Assembly (NCBI GenBank): GCA_039096225.1 | Contig: JBBPEB010000009.1 | Location: forward strand, 682,001 to 746,000 | DNA length: 64,000 nt | Direction: 5' to 3' | From: Blastocystis sp. Blastoise | Lineage: Eukaryota; Protista; Bigyra: Opalinata | Shown here: one piece after another, positions 31,611 to 45,923 of the stretch | How the letters are laid out: each line of letters begins with the position of its first letter | Position numbering within the stretch: the first letter of the stretch is position 1 | The notes under the pieces: generated by a model | The model's database searches: none | What the model was told of the DNA's origin: nothing | The model's input: only the letters and a program-made list of their open reading frames with translations | Translations under genes and position numbers: made by a program

Positions 31611-33561
31611 TTAATTATTTCTTAGATATTGATCAGCTTTATGTATATATCTAGTAATAACACTACGTACGTCCATAAATGAAGATAATAAGAAAGTTTT
31701 TGACATAAATATATTTAAACAACATAATTGATTATAAAGTATATCACCTATAGAGTATAGTATAATAATAATATTATATATATATATATAATAATAATCA
31801 TAAAGAAATACAGAATTGTAATGGTTTTGTTTCTTGAGCCTTCTATATATATATAATTATAATGAATAGTATTATTACTGGATAATATAGAATAATTGTT
31901 ATTTATTCGTATATATAGAAAAAAAAATTAAAAAAATAATAATTCTATTTATATATATAAAAATACAAGTTGTATTAAATCTTTGAATAACGATTCTAGT
32001 GCTATAAATTCATTTGTTACTGATACAATTAATTCTTTATATTGATTCAATTGACTTCTACATATATATACAGCATTATAAAGCAAATTAAAATATATAA
32101 TAATCATATTTTTAAAATAATAAGAATAATAAATATGTATTGTTATTTGACTTTATAAAGAATAATAGGAATAGTAAATGTAACATTTAATAATAACAAT
32201 ATATATATATACCTAGAAATAGGGTTGTTCATATTATTAATAGCTAGATCAACAGTATGATTCTTATATATATACTTACGTTTATCGCTCTCTACAGGAG
32301 GAATAAATGCAAAATGACATGAAAGATAATACTATATATATAATATTAATAATAATAATAATTATTATTATTATTATAAATAATAATAAATATATGAATG
32401 ATAACAAATAATATTAAGAATAGAATAATTATAAGTAAATTATACTTGTGATGTATAAACATCTTTTAAACATTGTTCAAGTTTTTTAGATATTTTTACA
32501 GATTTTGAAATATTTTGTTTTATATCAATTGATTTCACTTCATTATTTAAAGTTTTTAAACTATTGAAAACCATTTTATAAAGTTCGATCTTCATGGGAA
32601 TTTCAGGTAAATGAAAATTATCTTGTTGCCAAACTAAATTAGACATATATACATGTGGACCAAAGAATCCACCATCTGAAATAGCTCTATTAAATATAGA
32701 CATCTATATATTATTATTATTATCTTATTTATTATCTTTTTTAATATAATTTTTATTATATATCATATTATATATAAAATGTTGATTACTAGATTTATCA
32801 TGATATATATATACTTTCCAAAAAATAAATAATTCAGGATTTTCTGGAGGAGGAGGAGGAGGAACATATTCTGGTATCTATATATATATATATATTTGAA
32901 TATATAATACTACAGCTATAATTATATTTTTATCATAATAAACATAATAAACATAATAAATATAATAAATATAATAAATATAATAAATATAATAAATATA
33001 ATAAATATAATAAATATAATAAACATAATAAATATAATAAATATAATATAATTATATATATAAAATACTGAAATTGCAACAAAGGAAACACTATTATTGA
33101 TTTCTGGAACAATTTCCTTTTCTTCTTTTGTTGGTTTTTGATCTTTAAATTCTAATAATTCATTATATCTTGCAAGATATAGAGAATATAAAGTTTCTAA
33201 CTTATCTTTAGCATTATTTAATTTAGGATCGTCAGGTATAAACTAGAATCATGAATAATATTTAAAAAAACAACTAAAATACATTAATTTGATTATCAAT
33301 TAGATCTGTTACTTGACTGTAATAAAATGAAGCTGCTCCATAGTTATGCTCACGATCAAAACGTACAGCTTTGTTTGCAATATCCAATATAAATTCAACA
33401 TTCTTTGTAACCATAAATAAATAATTTTCATCAATTGGTTCGTATGGAGACATCATATCTAAATAATAATCATATATTTATTTCTATTATATATTATATA
33501 TACCTCCTACAAGATATGAATTCATTTTAGGTATGAAATCTTTGGAATTTGAAGAGGGCAT
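31611..33561 (-). CDS. MIT-domain-containing protein, about 9 exons
   Basis: FILDIANKAVRFDREHNYGAASFYYSQVTDLI...LETLYSLYLARYNEL (MIT-like three-helix bundle), then PPPPPENP and RAISDGGFFGPHVYMSNLVW. Exons join in phase. Confidence 0.65.
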
Positions 33562-33948
33562 GACTGTAATTACGTGATAATGAATATTTTTATACTTTCA
33601 AACTAATATACTAGATAATTCAAATATCTCTGATCTATAGATAAGTGATACAAAGTGATTGCCAAGCGAAAGCAACAAATGTAAGTTCAAATATTGTTTT
33701 TTTATTATTGATTTGTGAACGAAACTCCATTATATTTGTTCCTTCCACAACTAATCATCTTTTATTAATTACGAAGAATCAAGGGAAAATCAATAAAATG
33801 TTCTTATGTTCACTTATTATTCATGATTCTTCTTTTTGCCTCAACGTCCGTTTTCCCATTTTTACCCAGAAAACTTTCTTCTTTTTCTTTATTTTTTTTG
33901 TACATATTTATTAATTCAAATATTTGATCTCTTATTTACATAGATCTC

Positions 33949-35021
33949 ATGATTTTTAATTTTTTTAGAATTGCAGCCGATCTCTGCCATCTTCTCAGTT
34001 TTATTGTTTTGATATTGAAACTTAAAAAGAGTCGATCTGCCTATGGTATTTCACTCAAAACTCAACTTCTCTATATGATTGTGTTTATGTGCAGATATTT
34101 AGATTTAATTAAAGTTGTTCTTCATCCTAGTCGTCTATTTACATTCCTTACCTTATATAATACCACAATGAAAATTTTATATATTCTTCTCACAGCTTAT
34201 ATTGTCTTTTTAATGACTAGTGTTCAACCTTACAAGTCTACTTATGATAAAACATTAGATACTTTCAGAATATTAGAATTTGCTATTATTCCTTGTGCTA
34301 CTCTTGCTCTCTTCGTCAGAAGACATACTGATTCTTTCTTTTTTGATGTAAATGAATATTTTTATTATTATTATTATTTATTTTATATATTATTATTTAT
34401 TATTATTATTTATTTTATATATTATTATTTATTATTATTATTTTTTTTATATATTCTATTTATAATTATTATTTATTTTATATATTATTATTTATTATTA
34501 TTATTTATTTTATATTTTCTATTTATTATTATTATTTATTTTATATATTCTATTTATAATTATTATTTATTTTATTTATTATTATTTATTATTATAATCA
34601 TAACATTTAATATATTCTATTTATTACACCTATATAAATGAAATCTCTAGTATACTTGGACGTTCTCTATATATTTGGAAGCTATTTGTATTATGCCTCA
34701 ATTAATGGTATTACAAAGATATAGAGAAATTGAAAATTTAACTTCAAATTATGTATTCTTACTTGGTGCTTATCGTTTATTATATATTCTTAATTGGGTT
34801 GTTCGTTATGCTACCGAATCGAATTATTCTAATTGGATTGTTTGGATTAGTGGTGTTGTTCAAACTGGTTTATATATCGATTTCTTCTATTATTATGCTC
34901 TTAGGTATATATATCGAATTATTTATTTATTATTATATATCAAGATCAATATCATCATTTATTATTCTTTTTTATTCTCTATAGTAAATGGTTTGGAAGA
35001 AAAATGACTTTACCTTCTTAA
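33949..35021 (+). CDS. ERD2: ER lumen protein-retaining (KDEL/HDEL) receptor, 3 exons
   Basis: FRIAADLCHLLS, GISLKTQ..Y..VF..RYLDL, TYDKTLDTF, WTFSIYLEAICIMPQL, YVFLLGAYRLLYILNW, GVVQTGLYIDFFYYY. Confidence 0.97.
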
Positions 35022-35365
35022 ATATTAAGAATTTTTCTTTTTCTATTATTTATTTTATTTCTCTATGTGGCTTTATAACTCTCTATTTTGTTCATTCTTC
35101 TTATTTACTCTAAACTTCTAATTAGGCTTTCTTCAACTATTTTATGGTAGTTTCATATATTTTTATAAATTGTCACTGGACATCGTTTTTTTATTATACT
35201 CCAATAACGAGTACAACACTTTATAATAGTGACAAAGATCATTATACACACAAAATGAAATTTTGAAAGAATTTAAAAAAATGAATTATCCAAATAATAC
35301 TAATAAAAAATATTATAAAATTAAAAAAGAAACACATTTTTATATCTTTATTATTTTTTTTGATA

Positions 35366-36632
35366 ATGTATAAGTTTCAATGGTCTAGAAATAGTCCAGG
35401 ACATCTAGCTGCTGTTCTAGATCCTAAAACAACAAAAATATCAATATATCCTGGTGAATTATTTACAGCATCAAATGAAGATCGAACTGTAAATATAACA
35501 CATGAAAAAATACTAACTCAAGAATTTGATTCTCCAATTACTTCGTTTAATTGGGGATACAATGAATATTCAAATCAACTTGCTGTTTGTCTAAAGTCTG
35601 GTATATAGAATAATAATTTTCTTATTATAATAATGATTTAGGAGAGTATACAATTATCAAAGTTGACAAAGATGGATTAAAACTTTTGAATAATGATTCT
35701 ACTTTTCTTGAACGATCTCAACAGAAACGATATTATTTATTAGCTTGGCATCCTAATGATTATTGTGTATTTTATTCTGTTTTTCTTTTTATAATTCTAT
35801 TCTTGTTGTTTTTATTTATTTTTTTTAGATTGCTTTAGCCAAAAAGCAAGAAATCAATCAAACAGAAATTGTTTTATGGAATTTAAAACATAATGTCATC
35901 GTCACTCAGTATATTATAATATATTATATATATATTTAAAGGAATATTTGATCAACTAAAAACAGTTATATATATATTGCTATTTTATTTTTTTTTGTAA
36001 ATAATGTATATATATAATAATAATAATTAGTCCCGTGACTATTCGAGATACAGTAATTATGATGGATTTCATTGAATTAAAATTAGAAACAGATTCCGAA
36101 AAATGTTTTTATTTAATTTTATTATGTGAACAAGCTATTCGACTTGTTAATATAAAGTATATATATATTATATAGATATTATATATATATTATATAGATA
36201 TTATATTTTTTTATATAAATTATTATATTATAAAATAATTATCTTTCAGAGATATCTTATTATTAATCTATAAACAATAATGATCTATATATAAAATAAT
36301 AAACATAATATATATATATATATAGAACATCTCAAATTTTTTCCTATACACATCCTTCTTCATTTAAAAATATTCATAAATATATGACATTTTCCCGCGA
36401 TTATATTTGTATTTTAAGTAATGAAGAAGGGAAGAGAGATATATTATATATTTATAATGTTGAAAACTTAAGAGAACCTATTTATATATTTAAAGCAAAA
36501 GAAAAAATGGTTAATTGGGTATTTATATGTTTTATTTTTTTATATTATTAATATGATTATTAATATGATTATTATATATACAATAAAAACAATTATTTTT
36601 CAATATATATATATAGTTCTCCTTAAAATGAA

Positions 36633-36664
<32 letters not shown>

Positions 36665-37172
36665 GATAGAATGGCTTTCTCCCTATTCACCTCTTCTCTT
36701 TATTTCTTCATCAAAATCATACTCTATTTATAATCCACTAGAATTTCCCGTGGGAAATGAAACAAAACCAATTCCTATTTTTACAGAAAAATGTACAAAT
36801 GAATATGTATGTATTAATAGATCTATTTATCCTATTTCTTGTATTTCCTTGCTAAAAATCCCAGAAAATTATTCTGATAATATATATATTCGTATATATA
36901 AACGAAATACCAAATTTGATATATCTTTCTCCAACGATAATACTCTGGTGTATATATATATATATTCATTATTATTTAATTCTTATCAAATAACTATTAT
37001 TCTTTTATTGATTTTGTATTTATTTATTTACTTTATACAACTTTAGAATAGCAAATAATCAGTATTATTTAACAACATTAGAGCCATATATTTCTCGATC
37101 TACTTCTTCTTCTACTGTTCCTCCTTTCTCTCCTACTTCTCATCCCTATACAACAAATCATAATACTAATAC

Positions 37173-37233
<61 letters not shown>

Positions 37234-37248
37234 AATAATAGTAATTTG

Positions 37249-37279
<31 letters not shown>

Positions 37280-40200
37280 CTAATAATACTAATAATACTA
37301 CTAATTCTACTAATACTACTAATTCTACTAATACTACTAATTCTACTAATACTAATCTGAAAACTATGAATAATAATATTACTATAAATAACTATACAAA
37401 TACTTCTTCATCTCCTGTTGTTCCCCAATCTTCTATATCTCCTTCTGTTTATACAAATAATCAAGGGAATCCTCCATATACTTTAATATCTCCTTCTTCT
37501 ACTCTTTCTCCTTCAGAAACAACAGCTACTTCTATAAACTCAATTTCATATTCAAATATGAATACTATAAATACTACGCTATTTAGTCCTTCTTCTATTT
37601 CTAATCCTCTTCAAAATACATCTAATGAAAATATAGGTATTTTACAAACTAATTCTTATCCAAATTTAATGGCTTTACCTTCTCATCATAAAGGAACCAA
37701 TTCACTCAAGAATATTCCCACGGGAATGAATCCAACGAAGGAAACAGATATGGATTTAGAACAGAATGAAGAATCTTCAGAAATTTATGTATATAATCAC
37801 GGGGATATAGATGATTCTATTGATATTTGTAGTATTATGAAACAACGTGTTCAAAAAGGTTATTTCTTTGATGTAAATATATACTATTTTTATATATGTT
37901 TTTCTTAATGTTTTATAAATATATACTGTTTTTATATATGTTTTTCTTAATGTTTTTAAATATATATTATTTAATGTGTGTTGTTGTTAATGTTTTTAAA
38001 TATATATTATGTAATGTGTGTTTTTCTTAATGTTCTTAAATATATATTATTTAATGTATGCTGTTCTTGATGTTTTTAATATATTTGTTTTATATAGATA
38101 TAGTATATATATTATATGCTATGTATGTGTTTTATTAGTATTATTAAATAAATATATATATATATAGATAGATAAGAATATTCAGATATTAGAGGAAGAG
38201 TTGCAGTCTATTAAATCGACCGATTGTTTACATTATACGATGAATACAGATCTTCTCTTCTTATGGAAATATATAAAGAAAACAACCTCTATTCAAACCA
38301 AAAGTATATAATATAAATATATATATATATAATTGAAATAATTTTTATATATTCAGAGTTTTATATATGATAATAATAATGTTTATTATTATTCTTATTA
38401 TGATTCATATTATTATATATATAGATATTAATATAGAAACAGGAATTATGTCATATTTATTAAGTGGTAAACAAATAAGTATGTTATTGTTCAATTTATA
38501 GGATATACTATATGATTTTATACATATGAACTATTCTCTTTTATACTCTTTTTATTCAATAGAAATATTATATAATACTTTTAGAACATTTTTTTAATTT
38601 AGATATGTATTTAATTTATAATATGATTTATTATCTATTTCTGATTTTATCTTATTATTCAAAATACATATAGATATACTATTTATTTTTATGTTAACTA
38701 TATATGTATAGATGAGCATGAGATTCCTTCTCCTTCTTCTATATATATATATGAATCTGAAGAACGTGCTGTAGTACGATCCATTATGGGGTTTATAGAT
38801 ATAGAAACAGAACGATATAAATATGAAGATATACATACTATCTTATCCTCTATTGTATATATATAGATATAATTCTGTTTATTAATTCTTCATATTATAT
38901 AATAATAACAATTATATACTTTATTTACAAAGAATATTATTTAAATAACAATATTTTCTATAGAAAGAGCAAGATACTTATAGATATATATTTCATTCAA
39001 TTTTATTTTTAAATTTTGATATATGTTTATTATTATTAAATTATTATCGTTCAATTCCTGTTCATGCTCCTTCTTATGATTATATATATATGTGTATTTA
39101 TGGATATAAATATATATATAATAATGGAGCTATTGATCTATCAAATCCATCAATATCCTTATTTCTCAATTCTATTCATATTTCTATTAGTCTCTATAAG
39201 TATATTTATTATTTTAATCATAAATATATAAAAAATATATAATATAAATATATATAAATATATATAAATATATAAATATATAATATAAATATATAAATAT
39301 ATAAATATATAAATATATAAATATATAAATATATAATATAAATATATATAAATATATAAATATATAAATATATAATAATAATATATCAATATATAGAACA
39401 GATTGTTATATATATTCTATCTTACTATTTTTGGAAGGATTATTATTTTCATATTTGTCATCTTCTCAAACATTTCATTCTTCTACTATATATAACCCTA
39501 TGGAAACATCTGATACCATGAATCCATTGTCTCCACAATCTTCTGTACATTATGAGAATTCTATTCGAAATCATAAATTAGAAAATACTCCTTTATCACC
39601 TTTATCCGGTAATACTATTTCTGCTACTCAGAATACTATTTCACCATCTCTACCTCAATCATCAGGATCAAACGTTCTTTCGAATTCGAATTCTAATGAT
39701 ACACGACATATTAATCAATCAGATATATCTATAATAAATTCTGCTATTCCTACTCCTTTATCTTCTTATTCAAATAATAAAAATAATAATAAAAATATTT
39801 TTAATACTTCTTCTTACGATACTACTAATAATAAAGAAACAAAAGGAATAATAAATGAAAATAAAAATAATTCAAATCATCATTTAATTAATAATAACCA
39901 TGGGGATTCGAATTTTATTAATAATAATGATTCTATCAATATTATAAAAGAAAATAAAGAAAAAGAAACATTTAAATATTCATCATCATCATCAACAAAT
40001 AATAAATTATATAAGAATTATGCATATTCACAAAAAACATCTATTCCATCAACTATACTAGAAGATTCTAAAAACAGTAATAATAATCATGGTAATTATA
40101 TATATATTTATATATTTATATATATATTTTTTTATATAGAATACAAATTATCTTATTATGATTTTAATATTTCAATTATTCACTTTATTATTATATAGGT

Positions 40201-41760
40201 ATCTTACTACCCTCATCAAAACCTTTGTCTCCTCTATCTTCTTCTTCTTCTTCTTCTACAACTCCTACTGCTGCTACTACTACAACTTCTCTTAATCCTT
40301 TAATGTCTTCTTCGACTAATACTATTCCTCTATCTGGATATAATACTAACAATAATAAAAACCACGGGAATACAAGACCTTCTATTGTTCCTTCATCTCC
40401 TTCTACTTCGAATTCTCAATCTTTATATATACAATCATCATCATCATCATTATCATCTTCTATTTCTTCTCCTGTTAGTCCATTCCCTTCATTACAAACA
40501 CAAATAGATCTATCTTCTATTAGTGAACAAACACATCCTTTCTTAAATATTGTCTTTGTATTTATTATATTTTATAAAACATAATATTATATATTTTATA
40601 TTATGTTTTGTATTATATTTTATATATTATATAGTATATATTATATTTTACATAGAGATCTGGATTGCCTATTAAAGATATATTAATATTTATAACTATA
40701 TATTTCTCATCTAAGCAAATTACAGATTATGGTATATATATATAGTATAATTCTTAATGTTTTGAATATATAGTGTCATTATTATGTTCATCTTCTTTTT
40801 CTTCTTCATCTTCTACTTCTCCTTCAAATTCATTATACACTTCTAATAACTCACTTTTACCACTTCTATTAAAAGGATTCAATGTGTATTCAATTCCATA
40901 TCTTCAAGTATATTATGTTTTATTATGTTTTATTATGTTTTATTATGTTTATTATGTTTTATTATGTTTTATTATGTTTTATTATATTTTATTATATTTT
41001 ATTATATTTTATTATGTTTTATTATTATTAACTAAATTATCATTATTACAAACTAAATTATCATTATTATTAACCAAATTATTATTATTCTATAATTCTT
41101 CTTCTTAATTAGAATTATATTGATAAATACAGTGATATTCAATCTTGTTGTTTATTTATTCATTTCTCAAATTCATTAGCAGAAGATCCAAATACATATT
41201 CATGGGTAAACAGTTTTAAAGATTTATTAAATAGATGGGGAGAATATACTTATCGATGTTTATATGATCATGAATATTATCTTGTGAATAAAAAAGCTAC
41301 TATCAAATCATCTACTTATATTCCTGCGTATATATATATATATATAATCACTATATATACTATTCTATATAGTATTTTACAATGCTATAATTGTGGTCAA
41401 AATTTTCCAACACCTCGATCTGTATCTGTATCTCTTCATTCAAATCATACAGACAAATCATTCTTCCAATCATGCCCTAAATGTAACACTCCTTGTCCTT
41501 CATGTTCTATATGCTCACTCCCTTTAAAAATTACTAATTCTGATGGTATGTATTCATAATCAATTTTTTTAAAAAATTATAATATTATTTATATATAACT
41601 AGAATATCTACCCTTAAAACAATGGGTTTGTTGGTGCCCTAAATGTAATCATGGAGGACATTTTGAACATTTAGATCAATGGTTTAATGTGTATAAGCAT
41701 AAACAATGTCCTGTAAAGAATTGCAATTGCTTCTGCAACTCAATTCTCTCTGGAATGTAA
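35366..41760 (+). CDS. MIOS: GATOR2/SEACAT subunit MIOS (Sea4)-like: divergent N-terminal WD40, alpha-solenoid, zinc ribbon and RING; large Asn/Ser insertions
   Basis: DICSIMKQRVQKGY; LLLKGF..YLQNYIDKYSDIQS..WVNSFKDLLNRW; CYNCG..CPKC..PCPSCSICSLPL; WVCWCPKCNHGGHFEHLDQWF..CPVKNCNCFC. Confidence 0.8.
37885..38085 (+). repeat. Intronic ~40-bp degenerate minisatellite (ttcttaatgtttttaaatatatattatttaatgtgtg), about 5 copies
   Basis: Tandem repeats within a MIOS intron. Confidence 0.75.
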
Positions 41761-42318
41761 TATATACACTACGAATCGCTTTTTTTATTTTTATTTTTTT
41801 CTTAATGATCTGATATATATTATCATTTTCTCTATTGCTAAAATACTATTAACTGATATCCTTTTTGTTGTTTTCTAAACACATTATTTTTAACAATTTC
41901 AAGGATATCATCGTTATTCCAGATCCTCCTTTTTGAATATAAACCATATCATCAGTATCTATCCTAATATTCACAAACATTATTTACAAACCCATACGTT
42001 GAATAGAAACAATCCATTTTAGTATTAAAAAAGAAAAAAACATGACAAGAAAATACTTTTATGAATAATAATAATTTTTGTTCTAAAAATATATATATTC
42101 CCAAAGAAATGAGCGTAATGAATTCAAACCATTCACTGTTTGATCATTTGCATCATTTAATTCGTTTATTTCATATATAATCCAATGAAAAGCATCAGTT
42201 TAAAAAGGGTTTCCCTATAAACACAACCACAAATAATCTAAGGTATTCAATTCATTACATGTCAAACATCTTTTATAAATATATTTTTAGACTTATTTAT
42301 TCGTAAAACGGAGAAAAT

Positions 42319-43569
42319 ATGCGTACTATTATCTTCCTTTTAGCTTTATGCAGTTATGCCTTTGCTTCTAAATGGGCTGTTCTTGTAGCTGGTACTACAG
42401 GTATTGAGAATTATCGTCATCAAGCTAATAATGCTCATGCTTACCATACATTAATTAGTAATGGTTACAAGCCAGAACACATTATTGTTTTTGCTAGTTC
42501 TGATGTTGCTGAAAGTCAATTGAATCCCATTCCTGGTACTCTTTATAATCATCCTGGTGATGATGCTATTGATTACAATGAAGGTCTTCATATAGATTAT
42601 TCTGGAAAGGATTGTTCTTCTGAAAACTATTTAAAGGTATTAATGGGTGACGAATCTCTTACTGGAAAGAAACTTCAAACGAATTCTGATGATACTATCT
42701 TCCTTGCTTATTTTGGTCATGGTGCAGGTGGTTTTGTAGATTTCCCTAATGGATCTTCTTTATTTAAAGACGAATTAATGAATACTTTTGATAAAATGTA
42801 TTCAGAAAATAAATATAATAGAATTGTTTACTATATGGATGCTTATCAAAGTAAAGCAATGTTTACTAGTCTTTCTATGAATAAAAGAATTTATGCTGTA
42901 ACTGGTGGATTACGTACAGAAAGTTCTATGGCTGAATATTGTGGTAGTCTTATTCATGGTAAGAAATTCCCTCTTTGTGTTGGTGATGAATTTAGTGTTC
43001 GTTGGATGGAAGAACTTGATGGTCATAATTTAAATAATACTCTTCAACAAACTTATGATATTTATAAAAATTTAATGAGTAGATCTTATATGCATCAATG
43101 GGGTGATAGTTCTTTTAAAAATGTAAAAATTGTAGAAATATTTAGAGGTGAAAATTATTTAGGTTCTTCAAAATTAGCTATAGATATTCATAAGAATAAT
43201 CTTCGTAATTCTGTTGATACTTATAAGAATCTTTATTCTAATTCTATTCAATCTCTTTCTTTTTATGAAGAATTACTTAAGATTAATACGAATAAGAATC
43301 TTGAACAAATGATTAAAAATAAATATGAAATTCTTAAAAGATCTATGTATCAAATAGATGAATATATGGGATCTTTAATTCGTATATTAAAACATATGAA
43401 TGTTATTCATTTTATTACTCCTGTTGATTCTGTTGATAATATTCAATGCTATAAGGAAGGTATTCAAATATTAAAACATAAGTTTGGTACTTATGATTAT
43501 ATGTATAAATATTATGATATAATTGGCTCTCTTTGCCAACAATATAATGCTACTACTTCTTTTATGTAA
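42319..43569 (+). CDS. Legumain / asparaginyl endopeptidase (peptidase C13) homologue; intronless, secreted, catalytic Cys replaced by Tyr
   Basis: Signal peptide MRTIIFLLALCSYAFA, KWAVLVAG...NYRHQA, YFGHGAGG (His), YMDAYQS (canonical YIEACES), CVGDEFSVRWME. Confidence 0.92.
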   Translation: MRTIIFLLALCSYAFASKWAVLVAGTTGIENYRHQANNAHAYHTLISNGYKPEHIIVFASSDVAESQLNPIPGTLYNHPGDDAIDYNEGLHIDYSGKDCSSENYLKVLMGDESLTGKKLQTNSDDTIFLAYFGHGAGGFVDFPNGSSLFKDELMNTFDKMYSENKYNRIVYYMDAYQSKAMFTSLSMNKRIYAVTGGLRTESSMAEYCGSLIHGKKFPLCVGDEFSVRWMEELDGHNLNNTLQQTYDIYKNLMSRSYMHQWGDSSFKNVKIVEIFRGENYLGSSKLAIDIHKNNLRNSVDTYKNLYSNSIQSLSFYEELLKINTNKNLEQMIKNKYEILKRSMYQIDEYMGSLIRILKHMNVIHFITPVDSVDNIQCYKEGIQILKHKFGTYDYMYKYYDIIGSLCQQYNATTSFM

Positions 43570-44545
43570 ATGTATTATATATATTATATTATATATTATA
43601 TTATTTCATAATTGAAATACATATAACTTTATTTCGTTTTTTAAGAAAAATATATATATATTCTTTTTCTTATCTATTTTGATTTATTAAATGTATATAT
43701 ATATATTGTTTTTTAAATAAGAAATCTTAAAATCAGTAAAGTGAATAGAGTTTTCATATTCTCCTATTGATTCATTATATATGTGTTTTGTTAGTCAATT
43801 GTTTTTTAATATTTATTAATTCATTAACAATATTACTCTTAATCAATTATTTTAAAGAAAATTTCAGCTTTTTAACTGTATTTCTTCCTTTGTGTGCGTC
43901 ATGCTTTTATCACTATATATGAATATGATAAAAAAAAACAAATATTTATACAAAAAAATTAATTTTATTTTATACAAAGCATCTATTTTTTATAATCGAT
44001 TTCATGCTACTATATATGTTACTTTTAGATGATAATAATCAACAGCATAATTAATATTCACAAATCTTTTTTTATATAACAATATTCTTAGTAATAACTA
44101 ATTAAGTTCTTGCTTATCATTCCTTGACTTATGACTAAACATATTTCAATATTTGTATATGCTTTAAACAAATTTGATTCTTACGAAAAAATTTCATTTA
44201 CTTTTCCATAAAGCTTATCATCATCAACATGTATGGCACACTTATCCTCAAAAATCTCAGTATAAATACTAAGATAAATTGAATGAAAAACGTCTAAGGT
44301 CATCATTTCCAACAGTTTTTCAAAAGACTAAATGATGTTACTTAATCTATATAATCGAAACACATCAAATAAATGATCTATCCTTCTTATTTCTATATAT
44401 TAACATAACATAGTTGATTTAAAGATTTGTGATTGATTTCCTTTGTTTTCTATAACAATACGAGTCAAAAAAGCAAAATATTCTAGAAAGTGTCAAGAGA
44501 AAAGTTGTTAACCAAAATATTTCTTTGATTGTGGAGTTATTTACA

Positions 44546-45618
44546 ATGGAGAACGATTTATACGATCAAGAAATATATTATCAGAAAGGTGAGAAAGCAT
44601 CAACGCGATTCATGAGAGTTCAACAAGATGATGGTCTTTCTGATTTACAAAAACAAGGAGATGTTCATGTTCATCCTAGTCTAGACGAAGTTCCAGATCC
44701 ATCTGACACTAAGAAATCTTCTACTATGTCTGTTTTACCAATGTTAAACAATCCTCTTGGTGAAATTAAAGAAAAGAAAGTTGAAATTAACTTGATGGGG
44801 AAGGATACAATTGATCTAAATTTAAGGAAAACTGGATTTCCTGAAATTCAAAAAAGAGATCCTACAATTCATTCTACAACAGCTAGGTATTTGCTTTTTT
44901 TTTTGTTAAATATATATTTTTAATTTAAGTTATATTAATTGAAATATATATATATATATATAGTGGAGGTAAAAAAAAGTCTTTATTTAAATTAGCTCGT
45001 GAGAAAAAACAAGAAATGAAACAAATTCATCAGAATAATAAACAAAATGAATATTTAGATAATAGTTCTAATCCTAGTTTTACATTATCTCCACTTTCAA
45101 ATTGTATATATATATCTTTTTGGTGTTATTATTTCGTTTTATCTTATTTAGATTAAATTGTTTTTTTTAATACATAAATTATTTTTCATTTTATGAATAA
45201 TTCATGGTTTAATTAAATAAATAATTATATATATATGCATTTATATGTTTAATATTTTTAATATATATAGCAACAAAAGAATTATCTTTTTCTTCTGTTT
45301 CTTCTTCTACAATAGAAAATACTCAATCTATAGAATCAAATAGAATATTACAAAGTGATATAGATAAAGAAGTAGCTAAAATGATGTCTGAAATGTCTGA
45401 AGAACAAAAATTAAAAGAAAAAGAAGAATTATTACATCAATTATCACCAGGATTAATTCATTTCTTAAAGAATAGAAAAGATAAAAAGAATAATAATTTG
45501 GTTAATAATAATTTGGTTAATAATAATTTGGTTAATAATAATGATAAAGAATTAATGAATACAAATTCGAATACTGATGAATTAGTAGAAGGAATTCATA
45601 AAATAGATAATCAATTAG

Positions 45619-45651
<33 letters not shown>

Positions 45652-45885
45652 TATTATATTCTTCTAATAATAATAAGAAAAAACCAATATTACCTCCAAA
45701 TACATATATATCCCCAAAGGCTGATTTATCGTGGATTAAGAATGAAGATGATTTACATTATGCTGCTTCTTTATTACCCCCAACAGAACGAATGAAATTA
45801 GCATGGATATATCCTGATTTAGATCCTTCTATTCATATCATACAACCACCTCAATATAAACAAATTGATACTAATAATAATAATG

Positions 45886-45923
<38 letters not shown>

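Noticed and set aside
39153-39161. ATATCCTTA as a U12 donor in MIOS (also 4899, 12215, 41856)
   Set aside because: The MIOS instance lies in an open exon frame (NPSISLFL) that ends at a normal GT donor; the others are UTR or intergenic, with no branch point or AC partner seen.
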